A DNA stretch of 64,000 nucleotides. Origin: Chthoniobacteraceae bacterium. GTDB lineage: Bacteria > Verrucomicrobiota > Verrucomicrobiia > Chthoniobacterales > Chthoniobacteraceae. Both the position numbers and the translations under genes were made by a program. The DNA lies in contig JBBCKI010000070.1 in NCBI GenBank assembly GCA_037190965.1, positions 1 through 64,000 of the forward strand. Reading direction: 5' to 3'. The notes under the pieces were generated by a model, which did not search any database, had not been told where the DNA came from, and was given only the letters and a program-made list of their open reading frames with translations. Positions 1 through 10,494 of this stretch are shown here, piece after piece (the stretch's first letter is position 1; the number at the start of each line of letters is the position of its first letter).

Positions 1-53
1 GCGAGAGCCGCTCGCTTGGTTGCGAGCTTTCCGCCGTTTTTAGCGGGACAGGA

Positions 54-81
54 AACTTATCGGTTTTTCTTTCGGACTCAA
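54..81 (-). promoter_or_regulatory. sigma70-type promoter P4 of a tandem array
   Basis: Minus strand TTGAGT-16 nt-TAAGTT, A-rich upstream, followed by TCCTGTCCCGC. Confidence 0.65.
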
Positions 82-177
82 GTTTTATTTTCGATTTATT
101 TTCGAACTTCAAACTCGATTCTCACTCGAATCAACCGCCGCCTTCGCGTCGTTTCCCGTTTCCGTTGCGGGGCTGGA

Positions 178-205
178 AACTTACCGGTTTTTTTCTCAGC
201 TTCAA
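178..205 (-). promoter_or_regulatory. sigma70-type promoter P3 of a tandem array
   Basis: Minus strand TTGAAG-16 nt-TAAGTT followed by TCCAGCCCCGC; region 175-245 is an imperfect direct repeat of 51-120. Confidence 0.65.
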
Positions 206-293
206 GTAATTTCTTCGATTTATTTTCGAAGCGTAAAACTCGATTTCCGAGGCATTTACCGTCGTTTTCCTGCCTTCCGTTTGCGGGGCGAGC

Positions 294-321
294 ACCTTAG
301 CGCTTCGCTCCATTTCGTCAA
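294..321 (-). promoter_or_regulatory. sigma70-type promoter P2 of a tandem array
   Basis: Minus strand TTGACG-16 nt-TAAGGT followed by GCTCGCCCCGC. Confidence 0.7.
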
Positions 322-409
322 CCGATTTTCTTAAGAATCTTTCGATTCCCAAGCCGAGCTTTACGCTCAACCGGTTGTGGGGGTTTCCCTGCCCCCTTGC
401 GGGACGTGG

Positions 410-437
410 AAAGTAGCACGATCCCCTCCACCGTCAA
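410..437 (-). promoter_or_regulatory. sigma70-type promoter P1 of a tandem array, with UP-element-like A tracts
   Basis: Minus strand TTGACG-16 nt-TACTTT with TGn extended -10, A tracts at 441-478, followed by CCACGTCCCGC. Confidence 0.7.
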
Positions 438-480
438 CCCACTTTTTCCATTCTTTTTGCTTTTCTCTGAAAAAAGTCCT

Positions 481-882
481 CTAAACGACCCCGGCAACCC
501 TGAAACCCTCCGATGAAAGGAGTTCACGAAGACGGGAGATCTGCTCCCCCTGAATCTCAATCGTCCGCTCCTTCAAGGTTCCCCCGCAGCCGCAACCGGC
601 GCGAAGCCTCTTCAGAAGGGCCGAGAGAAAAGCGTCGTCCAGAGAAGCGTCGAAGCCATCCACGACGATCACACACTTTCCCCCGCGATGAGCGGTCTCC
701 CGCCGCAAGACCACTCGACCCAATTTAGTCGGCTTGACCTCCACCTCAGTTGGCTTTTCCGGGGTGGTTGGTTTTCCTTCCGGTAACCCGCTCATCTCCA
801 ATCCGGAGAATGCCTGGAACAGTCCGCCTCCAACAGCCTTTCCCCCCTCGGTGGAAATCCTCTCTTTATTAGGACGCGCCAT
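481..882 (-). CDS. yciH: translation initiation factor SUI1/YciH family protein
   Basis: Motifs RRETAHRGGKCV, LKRLRAGCGCGGT and IEIQGE are typical of bacterial SUI1. Confidence 0.9.
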   Translation of the reverse strand: MARPNKERISTEGGKAVGGGLFQAFSGLEMSGLPEGKPTTPEKPTEVEVKPTKLGRVVLRRETAHRGGKCVIVVDGFDASLDDAFLSALLKRLRAGCGCGGTLKERTIEIQGEQISRLRELLSSEGFRVAGVV

Positions 883-885
883 GGC

Positions 886-1785
886 TCAGATTTCCTCCTC
901 TCTTAAAATTGTCCGCGTGACGTGACGGGAACCTGGAGGGATTTCCAGGGCGTTTTCGCCGATATTCCCGGTCTCCGCACAGACCATCCCCGGCCATTCG
1001 TCGGGCACAAAGTCAGCCATGGTCAAGGATTTGGCGATCCACGGATTCCAGACCACGGTGGAGCGGGAACCAGTTTTCTCGATGATGATCCTCCGATGCA
1101 GGACGGGGTCCGCAATCGTAAGGCCCGCCTCTGTGTTCACATAGACGCGATCCGTTTCTCCCGTGAACCGAATCGGCCCGGCCCCTTGGCGTTTGCGGGG
1201 AAGGTCCTCAATAAGAGTGACGTATTCCGTCTCTTCCAACCCCCGCACTTCGACATCCCGGACATCGCCCACCTTGAAGTAAGTGTGAAGTACGTCTTCA
1301 CACCGAAGCGACGAGGCGTTTCCGTTCTCAATCTCCACCTCCATCGTGAGCGCGGCGGCCACAGTAATCCGATGGCGCAGCACCCAAGCCTCGCCCCCCT
1401 CAGGCCATAGTACGCGAGTCCCCTCGTCGGGCCGGAGACACAAAACCAGCGTGACCGATCCATCAGCCCCTTCTGAAGCGGACTCAAGCGCCCAAGGACG
1501 GATACGGGCAAACCCATGCGCCGGTTTTGCCGAGCCTTCCCGATGTGAACCGAACCACGGGAAAATCACCGGCACCCCACCCCTGATCGGTTTACCCGGC
1601 TCAAAGTACGCCCGCGCGCTCTCAAAGAGCAGCGGTTCCCGCCCCGTCGGGGCAAAATGCGCAACATGAGCCCCATGGAGATAAACGTGCGCCTCCGCCA
1701 ATGGCGTAGCGACCTCCAATCGCGGCAATCCGCCGCGCCCCGATGCCAGTCGCACCGACCGGGGAAGTTCGAGAGTAAATTCCAT
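886..1785 (-). CDS. D-hexose-6-phosphate mutarotase (aldose 1-epimerase family, YeaD-like)
   Basis: GAHV, KPIRGGVPVIFPWF, HGFAR, LHTYF, VVWNPW and MVCAE motifs; start moved to the ATG of MEFTLELP. Confidence 0.88.
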   Translation of the reverse strand: MEFTLELPRSVRLASGRGGLPRLEVATPLAEAHVYLHGAHVAHFAPTGREPLLFESARAYFEPGKPIRGGVPVIFPWFGSHREGSAKPAHGFARIRPWALESASEGADGSVTLVLCLRPDEGTRVLWPEGGEAWVLRHRITVAAALTMEVEIENGNASSLRCEDVLHTYFKVGDVRDVEVRGLEETEYVTLIEDLPRKRQGAGPIRFTGETDRVYVNTEAGLTIADPVLHRRIIIEKTGSRSTVVWNPWIAKSLTMADFVPDEWPGMVCAETGNIGENALEIPPGSRHVTRTILREEEI

Positions 1786-1826
1786 CCCCGTTTTATACCT
1801 TATCCCGGGCCCGGATGCCTCTGAAA

Positions 1827-2528
1827 TCAGCGCCTTTGCTCCATGATCGCCCGGGAAATCGCCTCGGCAAGCTGCTGCCGATGCGCGGGCGTGGCGCATC
1901 GTGCCGCCTCGGCGGGATTGCTCAGGTAACCGCACTCGATCAACACCGCCGGGCCGAGCGAATTGCGAAGCACACGAAATTGCGCATGTTTGGTCCCTCT
2001 ATTCGCCACCCCCGGAACCGTCGCCAGTGAACGAACGATCCGCCGGGCGAACTCCTCAGTTCCCCGGCCATTGTGATAAACCTCCGCGCCATGGATATGC
2101 CGCTTGCGGGAGTCGTTGAAGTGAATGGAAACAAAGATCGAGTTTCGCTGCCGGTTCGAAATCGCCACCCGCTCGTCCAATGGAATGAACGTGTCGTCCC
2201 CCCGGGTCATGACCACCCGCAACCCCTCTTCGGTCAACCGGCTCTTGAGCCTCCGCGCCACATCGACCGCCAGTTCCTTTTCAACCGCCCGGACCGAGCT
2301 CACCAACACTGGCTTGGCCTTTCGTCCCTTTCGCGAGCGGGACGTTGAATAGGAAGGCCGGGCGACAGCCCCGGAATCGTGTCCTCCATGCCCCGCGTCA
2401 ACGACCACCGTCGTAAACCGGGTGACCTCCCGAGATGCAGGCCCGGCGCACCCAGCGAGCCCAAGGAGCACCCCAGCGCAAAGCGCTCGAAACAAAGAGA
2501 GCCGGGGGTGAATTTTCTGGTAAAACAT
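1827..2528 (-). CDS. N-acetylmuramoyl-L-alanine amidase (Amidase_3), probable lipoprotein
   Basis: VVDAGHGGHDSG, EKE, VMTR, FVSIHFN and AVLIECGYLSN motifs; lipobox LAGC. Confidence 0.9.
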   Translation of the reverse strand: MFYQKIHPRLSLFRALCAGVLLGLAGCAGPASREVTRFTTVVVDAGHGGHDSGAVARPSYSTSRSRKGRKAKPVLVSSVRAVEKELAVDVARRLKSRLTEEGLRVVMTRGDDTFIPLDERVAISNRQRNSIFVSIHFNDSRKRHIHGAEVYHNGRGTEEFARRIVRSLATVPGVANRGTKHAQFRVLRNSLGPAVLIECGYLSNPAEAARCATPAHRQQLAEAISRAIMEQRR

Positions 2529-2638
2529 GGGCTGCCGTGGTGGCGTTTCACGAACCTATCCAAGGAAACCGCGGGCTAAGCCCATCATTCTGGACGCTTG
2601 GCAGAAAGAAAGCCCGTGGAAAACCGAAACCCCTGTAA

Positions 2639-4759
<2,121 letters not shown>

Positions 4760-5803
4760 CTATCGCTTCAGCGGTTTCCCGGTGACGATAATGTCCCCGA
4801 GCTTTTCCAGCGTAGCCTTCGCCGGGAGGCTCTCCTCGGCTCCCGGGTAAAGAGAGCGTGGGATCCAGGTAAGCCGCTCGAAGAGAAAGGCAAGCGCAAT
4901 GGAATCGTCACCCTCGGCTTTCCATCGGATTGCCACTTCGGAAAACGGTTTTCCGTTTCGAAGAACCTTATATATCACCTCGTTTGGTTTCTCTGCCTCC
5001 CCGGCGATGATTTTGAACTCAGCTTCTTTTTCGCCGCGAGAATCGTAGGTAACGGCTCTCCAACACTCAACGTTATCTTCATCGTCTTCATCGACCCCCT
5101 CCCACCAATCTGCTACGGAGACTATTCGTCCTTTAAGCCAGCGATGAAAGCGAGTTTCAGCCCAAACCGCACGAGGTCTCGAGTCGAAAAAGAGCTTTAG
5201 ATAACCTCTTACATATTCTGGCTCCGCCCTGCTGTCCGCAATCCATTGGAGTTGCCCAGGCTTCGCGTCGAACCGGAATAAATGAAATTTCTGGTAATCT
5301 CTCCAAACCGAACCGGCTACGACGATCTCGTTTACCCGATCACCACTCAATTCCTTGATCCAAAATGGCTTTTCGGCAGGCTCACACGGCAAATAGTCAT
5401 CGTCATTGCTCTTCCACCCCTTGGGTCGCCAAATGGGGCTGATATCCCAGAGCCCGCGCGGTTGCCATTCCTTCCCATCCCAAGTAGCAAAACCGAGTCC
5501 AACGCGCTCGCTCAACTCAACGAGCGCGTAGCTCTTCCGGTTTCCGAAAAGATCGCCATAGAGGACGTAAGGGCTCTCGGCTTTTTCCACGATCTCCCCA
5601 CGCTTTGCAGGGGGCACGAGCGACTTCAGCGCCGCCAGCAACTCTCCCTTCGCCTGAGTAACCCGCTCGGAAGACTCATCAAGGGGAATGACATAAGGAG
5701 GTTGCGGTTCTTTCTCATTCGCCAAGGCACAGGGGGCGATGCAGGAAAAAAGAAATGCAGCCGTCAGCGCATTTCGCAAGGAGTTGCCGAGTCGTGAACG
5801 CAT
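4760..5803 (-). CDS. hypothetical secreted protein
   Basis: 347-aa ORF with an N-terminal signal-peptide-like segment; Trp-rich; visibly less GC-rich than its neighbours; no family recognised. Confidence 0.65.
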   Translation of the reverse strand: MRSRLGNSLRNALTAAFLFSCIAPCALANEKEPQPPYVIPLDESSERVTQAKGELLAALKSLVPPAKRGEIVEKAESPYVLYGDLFGNRKSYALVELSERVGLGFATWDGKEWQPRGLWDISPIWRPKGWKSNDDDYLPCEPAEKPFWIKELSGDRVNEIVVAGSVWRDYQKFHLFRFDAKPGQLQWIADSRAEPEYVRGYLKLFFDSRPRAVWAETRFHRWLKGRIVSVADWWEGVDEDDEDNVECWRAVTYDSRGEKEAEFKIIAGEAEKPNEVIYKVLRNGKPFSEVAIRWKAEGDDSIALAFLFERLTWIPRSLYPGAEESLPAKATLEKLGDIIVTGKPLKR

Positions 5804-5858
5804 ACGGCGGCGACCTTAGCAGATTTCAGAAAATTTGCTCCACGCCAAAAAGTTCGGA

Positions 5859-7673
5859 TCATCCCTCCCCACCACGCCGCACCGTAGTGTTCTGCACAAA
5901 TTGCTCATGCATCCGGTGGTAAATGCCTCGCTGCGCCGTCAACTCCGCATGGTTGCCTCGTTCCACAATGCGCCCGTGATCCAAGACGAGAATCAGATCG
6001 GCTTGCCGGATGGTGCTCAACCGGTGAGCCACCACGAAGCTCGTCCGGCCCTTCAACAAAAGCCCGAGCGCCTTTTGCAGACGGGCCTCCGTCACCGCGT
6101 CAATGGAACTGGTCGCTTCGTCGAGAATGAGGATACGCGGATTTGCCAGCAAAGCGCGGGTGAAACAAACAACCTGCCGCTGCCCCACGGAAAGACCGAC
6201 ACCTCCCTCGCCCACATGCGTCTCAAACCCCTCCGGAAGCGCTTCCAGTAAATCGAGAAGATCGAGCGACCGCGCGGCTTCAATAATCTCTGCTTCGCTC
6301 GCCCCCGGCTTCGAAAACCGTATGTTTTCCATCACGGACCCCGTAAAAAGAAAGTTCTGCTGCTGCACGATCCCCAACTGCGAGCGAAGCGACGCGGACT
6401 GCACGCACCGGATCTCATGCCCATCGATCAGAAGTTCCCCCTCGGTAGGCAGGTACGCTTTGGTCAGAAGATTGATAATGGAGCTTTTGCCGCTGCCGGT
6501 ATGCCCGACCAGCGCGATCGTCTGCCCCGGCTCTGCGATAAAGGAGAGATTGTGCAACACGGGTCGCCCCGGAAGGTAAGAAAAGCTCAAATCGCGAAAC
6601 TCCACCTTCCCCTGAAGACACGGAAGTTCCACTGCCTCGGGCGCATCGGTCCAGTCAGGCTTCTCATCGAGCAACCGAAAGACCCGCTCGGCCCCGACGA
6701 GTGAAGAGAGCCCCTGCTGGAACTGCGTCCCCACCACCCGCACCGGCTCAAAGAAAATCGGAGCCATGAGGAGGAACTGCACCACCGCGTCAATGGGGAC
6801 GTTGAGCACCAATACCCGGTAACTTCCCACAATGAGCAGTACGCCGATGAATAGTTGAGTGCTCAACTCGAGCAATGGCAAAAAAGTGGCGTTGGTGCGC
6901 GACATGCTGAGCACATAGCGGGAATGATCCGCCACCAGGTGCCGGAACCACTCGGCGTTGAGCTCCTGTCTCACAAAGCCTTGGGTGACCCGGATCCCGT
7001 CAATCGACTCCGCCACCGTCGCCGTCACCCGGGAGAAACTTTCCGAGGCGCGCCGTTGGGAATTGCTAAGCCGAACCCGGAAAACACGATTCAAATACCA
7101 GATTACCGGGGTGATTGAGAGCGCGATCAGGAAGAGCACCCAATCCTTGAACGCGAGAAAAATCCCCGCGACGACCATCTGCCCCCCGTTCACGGTGCAG
7201 ACAAAGATTACCTCCTGAACCCCCTGCCGGACGGCTTCCACATCGCTGGTCATCCGGTTGATCACCCGCCCCGCCTTCATCCTTTGATAAAACGCCGCCG
7301 TCAGCGTTTGCAGATGCGCGAAGACATCCCTGCGCAGGTCGCGGATCACCGATTCCCCAAGGATCAATGCCCAGAAAGAGCGGAACCGCATCGTCATCTG
7401 GGTAAACACACACAACGCGAGAAATCCGAGCGAGCCTAGCACAAGCCCGCGAACATCATGGCGGGCGATCGGACCATTGATCACCGCAGAGAAAGCCCAA
7501 CTGATCGTGGCAAGCTGGATGGCTCTCACGACAGTGATCATGATCAAGCCGTTGCGAATCCATGCGTGCGGGCGCGTGTACTTGAAGAGCCGCTTGATCA
7601 AGACAAGGATCTCGAGCGGAGGCGGATCGGCCTCCTCCTTATCCTTGCGGGTGATGGTGAGCGACTTTGTCAT
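5859..7673 (-). CDS. ABC transporter fused permease/ATP-binding subunit (exporter fold)
   Basis: N-terminal TM domain, Walker A GHTGSGKS, signature LSVGQRQ, Walker B ILILDEAT, AHRL. Confidence 0.92.
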   Translation of the reverse strand: MTKSLTITRKDKEEADPPPLEILVLIKRLFKYTRPHAWIRNGLIMITVVRAIQLATISWAFSAVINGPIARHDVRGLVLGSLGFLALCVFTQMTMRFRSFWALILGESVIRDLRRDVFAHLQTLTAAFYQRMKAGRVINRMTSDVEAVRQGVQEVIFVCTVNGGQMVVAGIFLAFKDWVLFLIALSITPVIWYLNRVFRVRLSNSQRRASESFSRVTATVAESIDGIRVTQGFVRQELNAEWFRHLVADHSRYVLSMSRTNATFLPLLELSTQLFIGVLLIVGSYRVLVLNVPIDAVVQFLLMAPIFFEPVRVVGTQFQQGLSSLVGAERVFRLLDEKPDWTDAPEAVELPCLQGKVEFRDLSFSYLPGRPVLHNLSFIAEPGQTIALVGHTGSGKSSIINLLTKAYLPTEGELLIDGHEIRCVQSASLRSQLGIVQQQNFLFTGSVMENIRFSKPGASEAEIIEAARSLDLLDLLEALPEGFETHVGEGGVGLSVGQRQVVCFTRALLANPRILILDEATSSIDAVTEARLQKALGLLLKGRTSFVVAHRLSTIRQADLILVLDHGRIVERGNHAELTAQRGIYHRMHEQFVQNTTVRRGGEG

Positions 7674-7683
7674 TACACTGGTA

Positions 7684-9546
7684 CTAAGGCCCGATCATCG
7701 CGGGCAATGCCCCCGGTTGGCTGGTTTTCAACGCCTGGAGATAAGGGCCCGCGCAACGGGAAAGCTGCTCATGGGTGCCCGCCTGGGCAATACGTCCCCG
7801 GTCCAGGACGACGACAAAATCCGCCCGCCGTAGAAGACTGAAGCGATGCGCCACCAAAAAGGTGGTTCTCCCGCGCATCGCAGAATCCATCGCTTCGGCG
7901 ATCTCATGCTCCGTCCCGGGATCGAGCGCCGCCGTGGGATCGTCGAGCAACAGGATTGCAGGCTCCAGCAATACCGCACGGGCAATCGCAAGCCGCTGCC
8001 GTTGCCCGCCGGAGAGACCGACGCCTCCCTCGCCCAATACCGTGTCATACCCTTGCGGAAACTCCATGATGAAGTCGTGCGCTGCCGCAACGCGAGCCGC
8101 CCGCTCAATCTGCTCCCGCGTTGCCTCGGGATGCCCAAAGGCGATGTTGGCCGCAATGGTATTGCTGAAGAGGAAGCTCTCCTGAAATACCAGCCCGACA
8201 TTGCGCCGCAGGCTGTCGAGATCGAGCTCCCGCAGATCGCGCCCGTTGACCGTGATCCTGCCCGAGGTGGGATCGTAGAACCGGGGAAGCAGACTCATCA
8301 GCATGCTTTTGCCCGAGCCGGTGGGGCCAAAGATCGCCACGCATTGCCCCGGCTTCACCTCAAAAGAAATCTCCGAAAGCACAGGGTCCTGCCCATGATC
8401 AAACCAGACGTTCTCGAACCGAATCGGCCCATTCAACGCCTCGAATGGAGACGCTCGGGGAACACTGCTTACCTCCGCGGGAGTATCGAGCACCTCAAAA
8501 ACGCGGCGAGCGCCGGTCAGGCTTTCCTGAAGAGAGTTGGCAATCGTGCCGATGGTCGTAATCTGATTGGCGAACTGCTGAAGGATAATCGCAAACGCCA
8601 CCAACCCCGTCCCCAACGGCAGCGATCTTTGGATCACCAGGTAACCGCCGTAACTGAGAAGAATCCACTGATTGAACTGGCTGATGAAGCCGATTGACGC
8701 GGAAAAGAGAGAGACCTTCCGAAAAATCGAAATCTTCTGGTCATACACGGCGTCATTGGCGGTTTGGAAACGCGCCATCTCCTCCTTCTCCCGCGCAAAC
8801 GCCTGCACCACTGGCATCCCTTTGATGTTCTCCGAAAGCCGCTGCACCATTCCATCCACCAACTCGCGGTTCTGCCGGTAAGCGGGCTGCACGATCTTTG
8901 AAAACCGGGCGGTCACCCACCACAACAGCGGCGTGGTAAAAAGACATGCAAGCGTCAATGGCACATGCAGGCTGAGCATGTAGAAAAGGTAAGCCCCCAC
9001 CGATAGCGTCAGCACGACGGCCTGGAGAAGCACCTGATCGACGAACATCCTGACGGCCTGCACGTCTCCCGTCACGCGGTTGATCAGGGACGAACTGACA
9101 TTGGCGTCGAAAAAACGAAACGAAAGCCGCTGGAGTTTTTCATAAATCTCCGCGCGGAGAGCCACCACCAGTTCCGCCTGCACAAGGCGGTCCACGGCGA
9201 TGCGGTAAGTGAAATCGAGGTAAGCGCGAAGAAGCGCGGCGCCAATCACCAGGGCGGATAGCAACGCGATCACCTCCATCGGCGTCCAATTCGCGGATGG
9301 ATGAAGCCCAAACCGCCAGAACGGTGCGGGGGTATTAGGCTGGATGGCATGACGAAGTTCGTCAATGCCCAGGCCGGTCAGTGCGATCCCGGCGAGACCA
9401 AGAGCCAGCATGGCTCCCTGGAAAAACAAAACCCTGAGACATCCCCACCGGTAGCGCCACGCGAGCGCGAAGAGACGGCGAATGATTGCGCCATCAGTCG
9501 GGGAAGATTGGGCCATTACAAAAGCTTCAGGAAGCCGATGCGACAC
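7684..9546 (-). CDS. ABC transporter fused permease/ATP-binding subunit, degenerate-site partner
   Basis: TM domain, Walker A GPTGSGKS, LSGGQRQR, Walker B LLLDDP (D replaces the catalytic E); alternative start at ATG 9516. Confidence 0.92.
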   Translation of the reverse strand: MSHRLPEAFVMAQSSPTDGAIIRRLFALAWRYRWGCLRVLFFQGAMLALGLAGIALTGLGIDELRHAIQPNTPAPFWRFGLHPSANWTPMEVIALLSALVIGAALLRAYLDFTYRIAVDRLVQAELVVALRAEIYEKLQRLSFRFFDANVSSSLINRVTGDVQAVRMFVDQVLLQAVVLTLSVGAYLFYMLSLHVPLTLACLFTTPLLWWVTARFSKIVQPAYRQNRELVDGMVQRLSENIKGMPVVQAFAREKEEMARFQTANDAVYDQKISIFRKVSLFSASIGFISQFNQWILLSYGGYLVIQRSLPLGTGLVAFAIILQQFANQITTIGTIANSLQESLTGARRVFEVLDTPAEVSSVPRASPFEALNGPIRFENVWFDHGQDPVLSEISFEVKPGQCVAIFGPTGSGKSMLMSLLPRFYDPTSGRITVNGRDLRELDLDSLRRNVGLVFQESFLFSNTIAANIAFGHPEATREQIERAARVAAAHDFIMEFPQGYDTVLGEGGVGLSGGQRQRLAIARAVLLEPAILLLDDPTAALDPGTEHEIAEAMDSAMRGRTTFLVAHRFSLLRRADFVVVLDRGRIAQAGTHEQLSRCAGPYLQALKTSQPGALPAMIGP

Positions 9547-9609
9547 AAAGCGGCCCGCAGCCGCAATATCGACAGCGTTCGAAGCTGCTATTCTGAACGA
9601 TGGAATTCT

Positions 9610-9792
9610 TCATGCGGCGAGGGCTACATGCCCGAGGTCGGCGCCGAGATCCGCCGCCGCCGCCCTCCGGGCATCGCCTTCATTCAATCCGAACTCCTGG
9701 TAAACCCTCGCCAGAGCTTCTAATAACTCCTGCGGGTTGTTTGCCTGAAAAGGGGCCCGGTTCAGGCTGCCGGGGATGGTGTTTGTACTCAT
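9610..9792 (-). CDS. small hypothetical protein (60 aa) ending in VALAA
   Basis: ATG-started ORF directly after the terminator and co-oriented with the ABC pair. Confidence 0.6.
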   Translation of the reverse strand: MSTNTIPGSLNRAPFQANNPQELLEALARVYQEFGLNEGDARRAAAADLGADLGHVALAA

Positions 9793-9827
9793 AAATAAAT
9801 TTCTGAAATCAAAAAGAGGTCTGGGGT

Positions 9828-9867
9828 AAAAACAAAAAACCCACTGTCCTTTCGGCAGTGGGTTTTT
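9828..9867 (-). terminator. intrinsic terminator of a putative attenuator
   Basis: Minus strand AAAAACCCACTG-CCGAAAGGA-CAGTGGGTTTTTTGTTTTT, a GC stem plus U tract. Confidence 0.85.
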
Positions 9868-9904
9868 AGGAAAGCTGGTTCTGTTTACTTCGCATCATCT
9901 TTCT

Positions 9905-10036
9905 CTATCCCACTGCGGATACGCAATTCCCGCCATGACGGACGGAGCGTACGAAGGCGCAAATGCCGTAGCATGCCGGCATGACGCCACACCCGAAGGT
10001 GCGGTAGGCATACGTGGTAAGCATGACGGATTTCAT
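9905..10036 (-). CDS. putative attenuator leader peptide (43 aa; 4 Cys, 3 Met)
   Basis: MKSVMLTTYAYRTFGCGVMPACYGICAFVRSVRHGGNCVSAVG*; its last codons (GCAGTGGG) are complementary to the 5' arm of the downstream terminator. Confidence 0.7.
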   Translation of the reverse strand: MKSVMLTTYAYRTFGCGVMPACYGICAFVRSVRHGGNCVSAVG

Positions 10037-10106
10037 GGAATGGTGAAAAGGGACTGAAAGTAAATCGGTGTAAAGAAAGCGTTTTGTGCGCTGTCGATGC
10101 GCGTTG

Positions 10107-10135
10107 ACATTGCGCGACTCCCCGCCGCCCGTCAA
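10107..10135 (-). promoter_or_regulatory. putative sigma70 promoter of the leader/ABC operon
   Basis: Minus strand TTGACG-17 nt-CAATGT. Confidence 0.45.
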
Positions 10136-10422
10136 GAAAGACCTTTCATTTTTTGCTTCAAGGCCTCTTTCTCCACTCCCTCGATCCGAACCACTTTCAA
10201 TCGCGCCGTTTCGCCGCGCACCAGCGTGACGGCACCGGGACGCACCCCAAACACCTCCGCCAGGAACCGGAGCAACTCCGCGTTCGCCTTTCCCTCCACG
10301 GCGGGAGCCTTCACCTTGACCTTCAGCCGATCCGTCTGAGGGTCGCCCGAGCCCCCCACCCAGCCGACGATTTCGCTTCGCGGCGCGTTGGGAGTGGCCT
10401 GAATGGTCAATTGGATGGACAT
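10132..10422 (-). CDS. DUF167 (YggU/UPF0235) family protein
   Basis: ATPNAPRSEI, LKVKVKAPAVEGKANAELLRFLA and LVRGETARLK motifs; start moved to MSIQLT. Confidence 0.88.
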   Translation of the reverse strand: MSIQLTIQATPNAPRSEIVGWVGGSGDPQTDRLKVKVKAPAVEGKANAELLRFLAEVFGVRPGAVTLVRGETARLKVVRIEGVEKEALKQKMKGLS

Positions 10423-10494
10423 GGGCTGAATATGGTAAAAGGAATCATCAGACTTGCGCAAGCAGCCCGGTCGCGGCATTGGTTTCCTTCCGCC

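Noticed and set aside
16..560. Short ORFs at the left edge
   Set aside because: Better explained as a non-coding tandem promoter array; peptides show no coding features.
9600..9800. Possible tmRNA because of an ALAA-ending reading frame
   Set aside because: No tRNA-like 5'/3' ends or T arm seen; the frame has its own ATG and 60 codons.
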